A stretch of DNA of 64,000 bases from Betaproteobacteria bacterium RIFCSPLOWO2_02_FULL_63_19 (GTDB lineage: Bacteria > Pseudomonadota > Gammaproteobacteria > Burkholderiales > SG8-39), in the NCBI GenBank assembly GCA_001770415.1, contig MEQX01000024.1, positions 10,983 through 74,982 on the forward strand, written 5' to 3'. Both the position numbers and the translations under genes were made by a program. The notes beneath the pieces were generated by a model. It was not told where the DNA came from, made no database searches, and saw nothing but the letters and a program-made list of their open reading frames with translations. This document shows, one piece after another, positions 18,083-27,080 of the stretch; position 1 is the stretch's first letter; each line of letters begins with the position of its first letter.

Positions 18083-18114
18083 GGCCCGCCGTACTCGTTG
18101 CGAGGCGGCGGGCC
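18083..18114 (+). terminator. GC-rich hairpin downstream of the FecR-domain gene
   Basis: GGCCCGCCG...CGGCGGGCC inverted repeat; no U-tract. Confidence 0.35.
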
Positions 18115-18469
18115 ATCGATCCACGTCGGTGTGGCGGAGGGCGCGAGTGTTCAAACGACTTGACTCGCAATTCTCCGCGCGGGTCTGGCTCTGTCAGCAT
18201 TGTCTTGTGACGTTTCAAGCGATCCGACAACGCGCGGCGCGTACACCCGAGTTCGACGGGCACGAAAGCGACCCGATCTATCCGGGCTTCACCTCGTGAG
18301 ACGCTCTCAATGCAACAGCAAGATATTCCCGGCGTTGTTCGCCCACCCGGTTCGGATACAATCCCCGGCAGTTCCCGGCGCGCCGCGCGAGGCGGGCGCA
18401 GACGATGGCTTTCGCGTGATTTGACTCGCGCCGGCTGACCGCCCCTGACCTGGCCTCCCGGGCGCTCAC

Positions 18470-19195
18470 ATGAAAAGGTCCGTTTCACTCCTCCTTCGGG
18501 CAGCATTTGTTTTCTCCTGCGTCGCCTTGCTGGCCTTTGCCGCCTGGCAGGCCAGCCTGCGCGGGCGCGCCGACCTGACGGCGCAGGGGCCGACTGCGCA
18601 GGTGGAGCGGTGGGCCCGAGGCGGCCGGATCGACTCGCTCCAACGCTGGAGACGCGCGGTGGACGGCCTGCGCGCGGCTCAGGCGCTGGTGCCGGGCGAA
18701 GCCGCGGTCTATGCATCGATGGCGCGCGCGTACTCGCTGGCGGCGATCTCCGCGCCAACGCCGTCAGCCGCAAGCGTGTACCGCGAGTTTTCGCTGCTGC
18801 ATTGGCGCCTCGTCACCATGCTTCGCCCGACCTGGCCGTACGGCTGGTCGGGGATTGCGACCCATACGTTCAACCTGGGTTACGCAGACGTCATGGGTGC
18901 GCTTTCGCGCGCGATGCGCTACGGTCCGTGGGAACCGGGCGTTCAGCTTTTTGCCTCACGCGTCGGGTTGTTACGCTGGGAGCTGCTCGACTCGACGCAG
19001 CGCGAGGAAGTGCGGCAGAACTGGCGCCGCACCGCGCAGCGCCAGGGTGAAGCGCTGGCGCGGATGGCCGTCGAACTGAAGCGCGAGCCGATACTGTGCG
19101 CCGAGGGCCTGCCTGGTATGCAGAAGCGGCTCCAATGCGACAAGCGCCGAAACGCGGCGCCGCGCAAACGCGCTGGAAACCGGATGACGCGATGA
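18470..19195 (+). CDS. VpsP-like polysaccharide biosynthesis / TPR-like protein
   Basis: N-terminal TM; RPTWPYGW...ALSRAMRYGPWEPGV pattern; coupled (ATGA) to an O-antigen ligase gene. Confidence 0.6.
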   Translation: MKRSVSLLLRAAFVFSCVALLAFAAWQASLRGRADLTAQGPTAQVERWARGGRIDSLQRWRRAVDGLRAAQALVPGEAAVYASMARAYSLAAISAPTPSAASVYREFSLLHWRLVTMLRPTWPYGWSGIATHTFNLGYADVMGALSRAMRYGPWEPGVQLFASRVGLLRWELLDSTQREEVRQNWRRTAQRQGEALARMAVELKREPILCAEGLPGMQKRLQCDKRRNAAPRKRAGNRMTR

Positions 19196-20691
19196 GGGCA
19201 GCGCACGAGCGCCGTAGCGCCGACGCCTGGGTGTTCGGCCTGTTCCTCGCGCTGCTCTTCTGGGCGCCGTTGCCGCTGGGGAGCGCGCGGCCCTGGGCCT
19301 GGACGATCCTCGAGCTCGGGATCTATTTCCTCGCCGCGTGCTGGCTCGCGCTGTGGGCGTTCGGCCGCGCGCGCGTTCGCGCGCCCTGCCGAGAGGCCTG
19401 GCCGGTGCTGACGTTGTTCGCGATATGGCTCGCGATCGTCGGTGTGCAGCTGCTACCACTGCCGCGCGAGATGGCGGAAATCATCTCGCCCGAATCGCTG
19501 CGCGTGTGGCTGGATGCGGGGCGCTTCGCCGAACGCGGCTATCCGGTGTCCACCGAGCCTGAGGCGACGACGGTGTTTCTGTTGAAGAGCCTCGCCTACG
19601 CGCTCGCGTTCTTTCTGACGCTGGTGCTCGCCGACCGGCGCGAACGGCTGAAGGCGCTCGCTTTCACGCTCGTCGCCTCGGGACTGCTGCAGGCGCTGTA
19701 CGCGAGCTTCGGGCATCTGCTGCAGCTGCAATACGAATTCGCCTTCACGCCGTTGAACCACGGCGATCGCGCGATCGGCACCTTCCGCAACCCGGACCAC
19801 CTGGCGGGGTACCTGGAACTCGCGCTCTCGGTGGGGATCGGCATGATGATCGGCACGCTGCGCGAACGCGCGCCGCGCACCTGGCGGCAGCGCTTGCGCG
19901 ACTGGGTGGGCTGGATGATCAGTCCGAGGATACTGCTGCGCCTCGTGCTCGTGGTGATGGTGATCGCGCTGGTGATGACGCGCTCGCGCGGCGGCAACGG
20001 GGCGTTCTTCGCCAGCATGCTCGTCGCCGGGGCGCTCGGCCTCGCGCTTTCGCGCCACGCGACGCGCTCGGTGGTGATTCTGATCGCGAGCCTGGTGGTG
20101 ATCGACGTATTCATCGTCGGCGCGTGGTTCGGCGTCGACAAGGTGATGCACCGCCTCGAACAGACCTCGCTCACGCGCGACGCCAGGGCGGTAGCGGGCA
20201 CCAGCGAGCAGTCGCTCGAGGAGCGTGGCGACCCGGCGCTATTCGCGCTGAACATGGCACGCGACTACCCGTGGCTGGGCAGCGGCGGCGGCACGTTCGC
20301 CAGCACGTTCATGAAGTACCGCACCGAGGAACTCGCGGGCGACTTCTACGTCAACGCCGCGCACAACGACTACGCGCAGTTCCTCGTGGAGACGGGCGTC
20401 ATCGGCCTCGCATTGATGGGCCTCGTTGTGCTGCTCTGTTTCGTCACCGCGCTGAAGGCACAGTACCAGCGCACCGACCCGCTCGCGCGCGGCGTCGCGT
20501 TCGGCGCCACGATGGGCATCGTCTCGCTGATGATCCACAGTTGGGTGGACTTCAACCTGCAGACCCCGTCGAACGCGCTCACTTTCGTCGTGGTACTGGC
20601 GATGGCGTGGCCGGCGGCGTACGTCGGGCGGCAGCGGCACGCGAGCGAGAGCGAGGAAGACCGCGCGGCAGCGGGAACGGCGCCAGGGTAA
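19192..20691 (+). CDS. O-antigen ligase / Wzy_C-family polymerase-like membrane protein
   Basis: GTFRNPDHLAGYL, TRSRGG, PWLGSGGGTF, AHNDYAQFLVETGVIG, HSWVDFNLQTPSN. Confidence 0.85.
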   Translation: MRAAHERRSADAWVFGLFLALLFWAPLPLGSARPWAWTILELGIYFLAACWLALWAFGRARVRAPCREAWPVLTLFAIWLAIVGVQLLPLPREMAEIISPESLRVWLDAGRFAERGYPVSTEPEATTVFLLKSLAYALAFFLTLVLADRRERLKALAFTLVASGLLQALYASFGHLLQLQYEFAFTPLNHGDRAIGTFRNPDHLAGYLELALSVGIGMMIGTLRERAPRTWRQRLRDWVGWMISPRILLRLVLVVMVIALVMTRSRGGNGAFFASMLVAGALGLALSRHATRSVVILIASLVVIDVFIVGAWFGVDKVMHRLEQTSLTRDARAVAGTSEQSLEERGDPALFALNMARDYPWLGSGGGTFASTFMKYRTEELAGDFYVNAAHNDYAQFLVETGVIGLALMGLVVLLCFVTALKAQYQRTDPLARGVAFGATMGIVSLMIHSWVDFNLQTPSNALTFVVVLAMAWPAAYVGRQRHASESEEDRAAAGTAPG

Positions 20692-20744
20692 CTGCACCGT
20701 TCCGGGCGGGCGTGCGCCTCGTCCCGACCGAGGGCGGCGGGCCG

Positions 20745-22385
20745 CTATTCCTTGGCGGAATACTCGTGCGGGATGTACGGAGCGCGCTCGTACGCGGGCG
20801 CGTACGGCGTGTGCTCGCGCGCCTTGGCACGATCCTTCTCGCGCCCCATGCGGTCGCTGCCGCCCAGCCAGTAGGGCTTCAAGCCGCGGCTTCGCCACCA
20901 GATCTCGGGCGCCGCCTTGGCGCTCCAAAGATCGCATCTCACGCAGCGTCGGGCTTCCTCCGTCGCTTCGCCGTCGGAGTAGCCGCGCTCGGCGAGTTCG
21001 AATCCACGTGCCCGCGACTCCGGCGGGAGTTCGCTCATCGAAACGCAACCCTTGCCCTGCGGATGGATGTCGGGGTGGTAATCCATTTCCTCTCCCGCTT
21101 CGGGCGCCAGTATTTCCGCGATGTCGCCGCTGCCCCCGAGGTAGCGGTCGATCTCCTGCGCGGCCGATCTCCCCTGCGCGATCGCCTTGATCACATTGAG
21201 CGGTCCGAGCACGACGTCTCCGCCGGCGAATACGCCTTCGCGGCTGGTCTTCAACGATCCGTCGGCTACGGCGATGGTCCCCTCGGCACCCCTGGCCAGT
21301 CCCCACGCGTCGGAGACCCCGGGGGTCTGACCGATCGCCGCCATGATCGTATCGGCGGCGATGGCATAGTCGCTCCCGGGCACGGGCTGCACGGCCGCCC
21401 GTCCGCTCGCATCCGCCTGTCCGAGCTGCATGCGCTGCAACCAGAGTTTGAGTGCGCTGCCGTCGCGCTCGATGCGCAGCGGAGAGGTCAGGAACTCGAC
21501 CTTCACGCCTTCGGCCTCGGCCGCACGCATCTCGAAGTCGTAAGCCGGCATCTCCTTACGGCCGCGGCGGTACAGAATGCGCACGTCTTGGGCGCCCAGC
21601 CGCAGCGCGGTGCGCGCGCAATCGACTGCGACGTTTCCTGCGCCGATGACCGCGACGCGTTTCCCGACCGTGGGGCGGCGGTTCTGTTCGACGCCCAGGT
21701 TGGCTTCCTTGAGAAACTGCACGGCTTTCCAGACGCCGGGAAGATCCTCGCCGGCGATCTCGAGGTCCCGCGCGATGCAGGTGCCGACCGCCAGGAACAC
21801 CGCGTCGTAGCCTGCGCGCTTGAGTTCGTCCAGATCGTCGACGCGCTGATTGCATTTCACGTCGACGCGGTGCGCGGTGATCATCGCGATCTCCTCGTCG
21901 AGCGCCTCGCGCGGAAGCCGGTTCGGCGGTATCCCGATTCGCAGCTGTCCCCCCGGCTTCGGCTGTGCCTCGAATACGGTGACCTCGTGCCCGCAGCGCT
22001 TGCCGAGATAGTAGGCCGCGGTCAATCCGGCCGGGCCCGAACCGACGACCGCCACACGCTTCCCGGTTGCGGCGGCGACCGCTTCGCCCCAGCGCTCTTT
22101 CCATACTCCGGTGTCCTTTTCGACGGCGGCGCGCTTGATGGCGTTGATCGCCACCGGCGCTTCCCACAGTGCGCGGCGGCACTCGGGCTCGCACGGCCGG
22201 TAACAGACGTATCCGCAGACCGCGGGGAACGGAATGCGCTCGCGCACGACTGCCGCCGCTTCCCCGAATTTTCCCAGCGCTGCATACCCGATGTAGCGGG
22301 GAATATCGATTCCCGCCGGACACCCCTCGACACAAGGCGCCCGCTGCCGTCCGCCGCCGTACGACTTTCCACTATGGTTTTCCAT
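20745..22385 (-). CDS. GltD/DPD-like NAD(P)H:FAD oxidoreductase with N-terminal Fe-S domain
   Basis: CVEGCPAGIDIP, CGYVCYRPCEPECRR, VVGSGPAGL, VIGAGNVAVDCAR, YRRGRKEMPA, GVFAGGD, EARRCVRC. Confidence 0.88.
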   Translation of the reverse strand: MENHSGKSYGGGRQRAPCVEGCPAGIDIPRYIGYAALGKFGEAAAVVRERIPFPAVCGYVCYRPCEPECRRALWEAPVAINAIKRAAVEKDTGVWKERWGEAVAAATGKRVAVVGSGPAGLTAAYYLGKRCGHEVTVFEAQPKPGGQLRIGIPPNRLPREALDEEIAMITAHRVDVKCNQRVDDLDELKRAGYDAVFLAVGTCIARDLEIAGEDLPGVWKAVQFLKEANLGVEQNRRPTVGKRVAVIGAGNVAVDCARTALRLGAQDVRILYRRGRKEMPAYDFEMRAAEAEGVKVEFLTSPLRIERDGSALKLWLQRMQLGQADASGRAAVQPVPGSDYAIAADTIMAAIGQTPGVSDAWGLARGAEGTIAVADGSLKTSREGVFAGGDVVLGPLNVIKAIAQGRSAAQEIDRYLGGSGDIAEILAPEAGEEMDYHPDIHPQGKGCVSMSELPPESRARGFELAERGYSDGEATEEARRCVRCDLWSAKAAPEIWWRSRGLKPYWLGGSDRMGREKDRAKAREHTPYAPAYERAPYIPHEYSAKE

Positions 22386-22408
22386 AAGTCATCCCCATGA
22401 TCAACGCG

Positions 22409-22627
22409 CTACCACGCCGTCACCATACGGCGCTCGTGAACCGACACCACCTGGATCGCATCCTCGGGACATTCCACCTCGCAGAGGAAACAGCTCTGGC
22501 ATTCCCGGAGGTATTTGATGTAGGCCTTCTTTGTCGACGAATCGAGCCTTATGACGTCCAGCGGGCACACGTCGACACACACGTTGCACCCTATGCACAG
22601 CTTAGGGTCGATTACTCGGATGCCCAT
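22409..22627 (-). CDS. 2x[4Fe-4S] ferredoxin (AprB-like)
   Basis: MGIRVIDPKLCIGCNVCVDVCP...CQSCFLCEVECP; overlaps the end of the upstream flavoprotein gene. Confidence 0.85.
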   Translation of the reverse strand: MGIRVIDPKLCIGCNVCVDVCPLDVIRLDSSTKKAYIKYLRECQSCFLCEVECPEDAIQVVSVHERRMVTAW

Positions 22628-24360
22628 TCTATCCTCCCGTCCTTGACACTCACGACGCCCTGATCCCGGGCCATCTTCCACAGATACGCGAGCTCCGCTT
22701 CACGCTTGGGCGCGACCGGATAGGTATCGATGGGAATATCCTCCGTCCACCACTTCTGCTCGCCGCCTTCCTGGCGCACGCGGATCCACTTGAGCCAGTT
22801 CACGTTGTCGGTGAACGGATAGTCCTCGCGCAGGATGTTGCGCGTTTCCTTTCTTTCAATCGCCGCCTTCAGCGTGAGTTCGGCGGTCAGAGTCAGGTTC
22901 TTGACTTCGTGACACAAGCGCAGATAGTGCAGGTCGTACGCGCCCAGCATCGGCAGGTCCTGATCGCGAATGGTTTCGACCCGCTGCAGCGCCCGCGCCA
23001 TGCGCCGGCCCTCGCGCAGAAGCAGCACATCGTACGGGATCACCGCTTCCTGCAGTTCCAGCAGCACATGCTCGGATTCCAGTCCTTCCGGTCTGGCGAG
23101 CGGCGCGAACGCCCGCTCGCGCAGTTCGCCCACCTGCCCGTTCTCGTCGCCTGGATCGCCGGCATCGCGCGCGCAGCGGGCGGCCGAGGTTCCGGCGCGC
23201 GCGCCCGAGGTCGCAGCCGCCGCGAGGCCTGTGACGACCGCGCTCGGCGGGCACGCTTCACCTGCGGCGAACAGCCGCGGCGTGCGCGAAGCGTAATCGC
23301 GGTCCACGACGACACCGGGCCGCGTCGTCGGACCGGTGGGACAGAACTCGACCGTCTTCCGGAATTTCCCGTCCTGCACGACGCCTACGCTTTCGAACTC
23401 CCGCTGCGGCAGCGGCAGCATCTGGTACAAGCGCCCCATCTGCTCCGGTCCGAAGTGCCTCGCGTCCATCATGATGGGCGCTCTGCCCATGCGCGCCTCG
23501 ATGCAGAAGAACGCGACGATCTGGGGCAGTCCGGAACGCTCCTTCAGTTTCGGGCTGTAGCGCACCATGAAGCGCTCGCCCTTCGAGTTCAGGAAGTAGG
23601 CGCCTTCGCCCATCCACTTGTTCATGCCCGGCCCGACGTCGACGCGGGCGGGCATCGCGTTGGCCGGCTGGTCGTTCTGTTCGCCGCCGCCCAGCGTCGC
23701 CCCGATGCGGTAGGCCATCGCGAACCCGTCGCCGGAACAGTCGCGCTGTCCCGGGTGAATGCTTTTGTAATAGGTGCTTCCGGTCGCGAGGACCGTGGCC
23801 CTCGCACGCAGGGCATGGAAATCGCCGCTGTGCTGGTGAAAACCGACTGCCCCGGTGACCTCGCCATTGCGCGAAAGAAGGTCGGTCAAGTAAAGCCGGT
23901 TGATCTGCTCGACGCCGATCGACTGCGCGTATTTGCGCAGCGAATCCATCAGCTGGGTGCTGAAGAACTGGACGATCGGGTAGGCGCCGCGCCCCGCCAT
24001 GCGCCGGTAGCTGCCGTCGGTGTTCATCACCAGGTGCACGCCGTAGCGGCGCAGTTCCTCGAGGATCACGTGGCTTTCCTGCAGGTGGTCCCTGATCAGG
24101 TCCTGCTGCGCGAGATAGCCCTGCGCGCGGGTCAGCCGCAGGACCCTGTCGTCGAGGTCGTCTTCCGGAAAGCAGACGTGTATCACGCCGGCCGCAAAAC
24201 AGCTGTTGCCGGTCTTGCCGACGGTGCCCTTGTCCACCTGAACCACGCGACGGGCTCCCGCCTGCTTGGCCTTGATCGCGGCGAACGTGGCCGCGATGCC
24301 GCCGCCGATGACCAGCACGTCGATGCCGTCGATAGTGTGAGTTTGAACCTGTAGCGCCAT
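22612..24360 (-). CDS. FAD-binding oxidoreductase of the SdhA/FrdA/AprA/NadB fold, unknown substrate
   Basis: DVLVIGGGIAATFAA, VLATG, SGDGFAMAYRIGA, GEGAYFLNSKGERFM, LFAAGE, KETR..LREDYP. Confidence 0.8.
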   Translation of the reverse strand: MALQVQTHTIDGIDVLVIGGGIAATFAAIKAKQAGARRVVQVDKGTVGKTGNSCFAAGVIHVCFPEDDLDDRVLRLTRAQGYLAQQDLIRDHLQESHVILEELRRYGVHLVMNTDGSYRRMAGRGAYPIVQFFSTQLMDSLRKYAQSIGVEQINRLYLTDLLSRNGEVTGAVGFHQHSGDFHALRARATVLATGSTYYKSIHPGQRDCSGDGFAMAYRIGATLGGGEQNDQPANAMPARVDVGPGMNKWMGEGAYFLNSKGERFMVRYSPKLKERSGLPQIVAFFCIEARMGRAPIMMDARHFGPEQMGRLYQMLPLPQREFESVGVVQDGKFRKTVEFCPTGPTTRPGVVVDRDYASRTPRLFAAGEACPPSAVVTGLAAAATSGARAGTSAARCARDAGDPGDENGQVGELRERAFAPLARPEGLESEHVLLELQEAVIPYDVLLLREGRRMARALQRVETIRDQDLPMLGAYDLHYLRLCHEVKNLTLTAELTLKAAIERKETRNILREDYPFTDNVNWLKWIRVRQEGGEQKWWTEDIPIDTYPVAPKREAELAYLWKMARDQGVVSVKDGRIEWASE

Positions 24361-24362
24361 GT

Positions 24363-26021
24363 CTACTCCTTTGCCTGCCGTACCGACAGAAACCGCTGCA
24401 CGAGATCGAGCCTGTTGACCTTGTTGCTATCGAGTCGGGGAAACTCGTCCATGAGGAGCACCTCCTCGGGAATCTTGTAGGACGCGATGTTCTTGCTGCG
24501 CAGGAACGCATCGAACTCTTCCGGGACGACATCCACGCCTGTCCGGGGTATCACGAATGCGCAGGGTACCTCGCCGAGCACCGGGTGCGGAACGCCGACC
24601 ACTGCGGCTTCGAGCACCTTGGGGTGGCGGCACAGTATGGACTCGATCTCCGCCGGGTGGACCTTGTTGCCGCCGCGGATAATGACCTGCTTCTTGCGCC
24701 CCAGTAGCGAGAGGTTGCCCTGGGCGTCGATACCGGCGAGATCCCCGGTGCGGAACCATCCTTCGCGGCCGAGTTCTCCCCAGGCGCGACGCGTGGCCTC
24801 GAGGTCACGGAAATATCCGGAACTGGTGCCTGGGCCCCGGACCCACAGCTCGCCGACTTCTCCCGCAGGAACTTCCTGATTCGTCTCGTCGACGAGCTTC
24901 ACTTCGATTCCCGGCAGCGCGCGACCCACCGACCCGCCAAGGCGAATCTCGCGCGGATCGTCCAATGCCGCCTGCGCGATGGATACCGTTTCCATGCTGC
25001 CGTAGGCCGGCGCCATCACGCATCCGAGCTTCGCTTCGGCTTCCTGCGCCACCGAAGGCAACAGCGCCGCGGTTCCGGTTCGGATCACTCGCAGCGAACT
25101 CAGATCGTAGCGCGATAGATCCGGGTGCTCCAGGAGTCGCAGCAGTATCGCCGGAACGGTACCCATGAAGCTCACGCGCTCGCGCTCGATCAATTCGAGG
25201 ATCGTCTCCGCCGCCATCGATTCCGACAGCACCATCCGGCATCCGAGTTGGGCCGCGATCAGCCAGGCCATCGCGCCGGCGCCACCGCCCACCGGGGCAA
25301 AGATCCCGACCACGTCCTCCCGAGTGAGTTTCAGTCGTGATGCTATTCCCGATCCAATCAAGACTTGAGCGCCCTCGGGCCACTCGCAGACTTTCGGTTC
25401 GCCGGTGCTGCCGCTGGAGAGCGAAAGCAGAGAAACCTCGTCCGGCCCATAACGGGTCTGGTCCAGGCAGTCGGGTCGAATCTCCGGATCTGCACGCCGC
25501 TGCATCAGGTCGTTCAGCGATATTGCGCCGGCCGGAACCCGGTCCCCCGACACGAGCAAGTGCGGCTGCGCTTGCGAGCGGTCTTCATCGCGGATGCTTG
25601 CCATCATCTCCAGGTAGTCGAATCCCCGGAATTCGTCCACCAGCAGCACGGCCTTGGGATCGAGGTACCGGAACATGGGCCCCATCTCTGACTGACGCCA
25701 CATGATCGGTGCGAATGCCGCCAGCAGACCTGCTTTCTTCAACGCGATCCGGACCAGCAGATTCTCGACGCCGTTCGGAAGCTGGATCAGGACAAGGTCG
25801 TCGCGCTTTAGCCCGAGGTCCAGCAACCCCAACGCGAGCAGATCGGACTGATTCTTGACCTGGGCCCAGGTGAGCCGGCTCTGACGGTCCGACATGGCTT
25901 CGCCGTCCGGAACGTCCGTCGCGTGGCGCTCGAGCGCGCGGACCATCGTGTCGGGCGACCACAAGCCCCGTTCGAGATATTCCCGAACCATCTCCTGCGG
26001 CATGCGCGTTGGTTTCGACAC
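24363..26021 (-). CDS. AMP-dependent acyl/aryl-CoA ligase (ANL superfamily; DhbE/cyclohexanecarboxylate-CoA ligase-like N-terminus)
   Basis: SSGSTGEPK, YGSME, WFRTGDL, GRKKQVIIRGG, YKIPE. Confidence 0.88.
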   Translation of the reverse strand: MSKPTRMPQEMVREYLERGLWSPDTMVRALERHATDVPDGEAMSDRQSRLTWAQVKNQSDLLALGLLDLGLKRDDLVLIQLPNGVENLLVRIALKKAGLLAAFAPIMWRQSEMGPMFRYLDPKAVLLVDEFRGFDYLEMMASIRDEDRSQAQPHLLVSGDRVPAGAISLNDLMQRRADPEIRPDCLDQTRYGPDEVSLLSLSSGSTGEPKVCEWPEGAQVLIGSGIASRLKLTREDVVGIFAPVGGGAGAMAWLIAAQLGCRMVLSESMAAETILELIERERVSFMGTVPAILLRLLEHPDLSRYDLSSLRVIRTGTAALLPSVAQEAEAKLGCVMAPAYGSMETVSIAQAALDDPREIRLGGSVGRALPGIEVKLVDETNQEVPAGEVGELWVRGPGTSSGYFRDLEATRRAWGELGREGWFRTGDLAGIDAQGNLSLLGRKKQVIIRGGNKVHPAEIESILCRHPKVLEAAVVGVPHPVLGEVPCAFVIPRTGVDVVPEEFDAFLRSKNIASYKIPEEVLLMDEFPRLDSNKVNRLDLVQRFLSVRQAKE

Positions 26022-26095
26022 GATGGCTTCCTCAAACCCGAAACCATAGTAAGGTCATTGCAGAACGTCAAATTTATTCTCAGTAGCTATTACAT

Positions 26096-26110
26096 TTACA
26101 TATGTATATG
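26096..26110. promoter_or_regulatory. AT-rich dyad between the divergent CoA-ligase and LysR genes (candidate LTTR site)
   Basis: TACATATGTA palindrome (26097-26106) inside a T-N11-A frame, in an AT-rich spacer. Confidence 0.35.
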
Positions 26111-26153
26111 CTTAGGCCAGCATCCACAATGGGCTTACGCAAAGGGGACCGGC

Positions 26154-27065
26154 GTGAACTTGCATCAACTCAAACTGTTCTGCGCGGTCGTGGAAACGGG
26201 AAGCTTCGCCCTCGCAGGAGAGCGACTTCACATCACGCAGCCGGCATTGAGCATCCAGGTCCGACGCCTTGAACTGGGTCTGCGCACGGTGCTATTGCGA
26301 CGAAACAAGAAGGGACCGATGCTCACCGACGCGGGCAAGGTCGTCTACGATGCGGCGAAAGCGATCTTCGAGCGCGAGGACGGGCTGCAACGACAACTCG
26401 AGGAAATCCGCTCAGGAGAAAGAGGCACGCTGGCCGTTGCGATAAGTCCGACCGGCGTGCTGTATTTCGCCTCGCAGTTGATTCAGGCGTTCAAGCGCCG
26501 CTTTCCTGCCGCCGCCGTGATACCGACGATCGGAACGCGCGAGGAAGTCCTTGAACGGGTGGCGCAAGGAAGCGCCGATCTGGGTTTCGAATGGGGCCCG
26601 ATTACCCATCCGCGGCTGGTCCACTCGGCTCTTATCCGGGCTCGTTTTCTTGTGGTCACGAGTCCTGAACACGCCTTCGCCGATAAGAAGGTCGTCCGGG
26701 TGTCGGATTTCGTGCACGAACCCTTGGTCGATCTGGACCACGGCCCGGGAACGCCATCCTTCGTCGAGCAAGCTCTTCTGAAGGCGGGAATTCGGCCGAA
26801 GACCGTGCTTCGCGTGCCATCGATCGACGCGATGAAAAGCCTCATTGAAGCGAATCTGGGCGTCGGAATGCTGTCGGACCTTTCGGTCGAGCGCGAGGTT
26901 GGCCTGGGACTTCTGAAACCACTGCCGTTGCAAGGGTTTCCTCTCGCCCGAGATCTCGTCGTCGTGTCACGCAAGGACGGCCCGATTTCGCGGGCGACCG
27001 CCTCATTCCTGGAATTCGCCGCGAGCTACCGTGCCCCGGTGTCTGCGCGGCCCCGGAGTCGCTAA
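26154..27065 (+). CDS. LysR-family transcriptional regulator
   Basis: GTG start; NLHQLKLFCAVVETGSFALAGERLHITQPALSIQVRRLE HTH. Confidence 0.92.
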   Translation: MNLHQLKLFCAVVETGSFALAGERLHITQPALSIQVRRLELGLRTVLLRRNKKGPMLTDAGKVVYDAAKAIFEREDGLQRQLEEIRSGERGTLAVAISPTGVLYFASQLIQAFKRRFPAAAVIPTIGTREEVLERVAQGSADLGFEWGPITHPRLVHSALIRARFLVVTSPEHAFADKKVVRVSDFVHEPLVDLDHGPGTPSFVEQALLKAGIRPKTVLRVPSIDAMKSLIEANLGVGMLSDLSVEREVGLGLLKPLPLQGFPLARDLVVVSRKDGPISRATASFLEFAASYRAPVSARPRSR

Positions 27066-27080
27066 CCTCGAAACCCCGCG

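Noticed and set aside
16602-18773. 723-aa minus-strand ORF
   Set aside because: Arg/Ala/Pro-rich shadow antisense to the FecR-domain gene; only its last 53 codons were kept as a possible leader
20124-22400. Long plus-strand ORFs opposite real genes (758 aa here; also 22909-24354, 27171-28673, 39107-40372, 42171-43553, 61019-62671)
   Set aside because: Antisense shadows typical of high-GC coding DNA; no recognisable domains
22409-24360. Dissimilatory APS reductase (aprAB) or succinate dehydrogenase call
   Set aside because: Signature residues missing; no sat/qmo or sdhCD/frdCD neighbours
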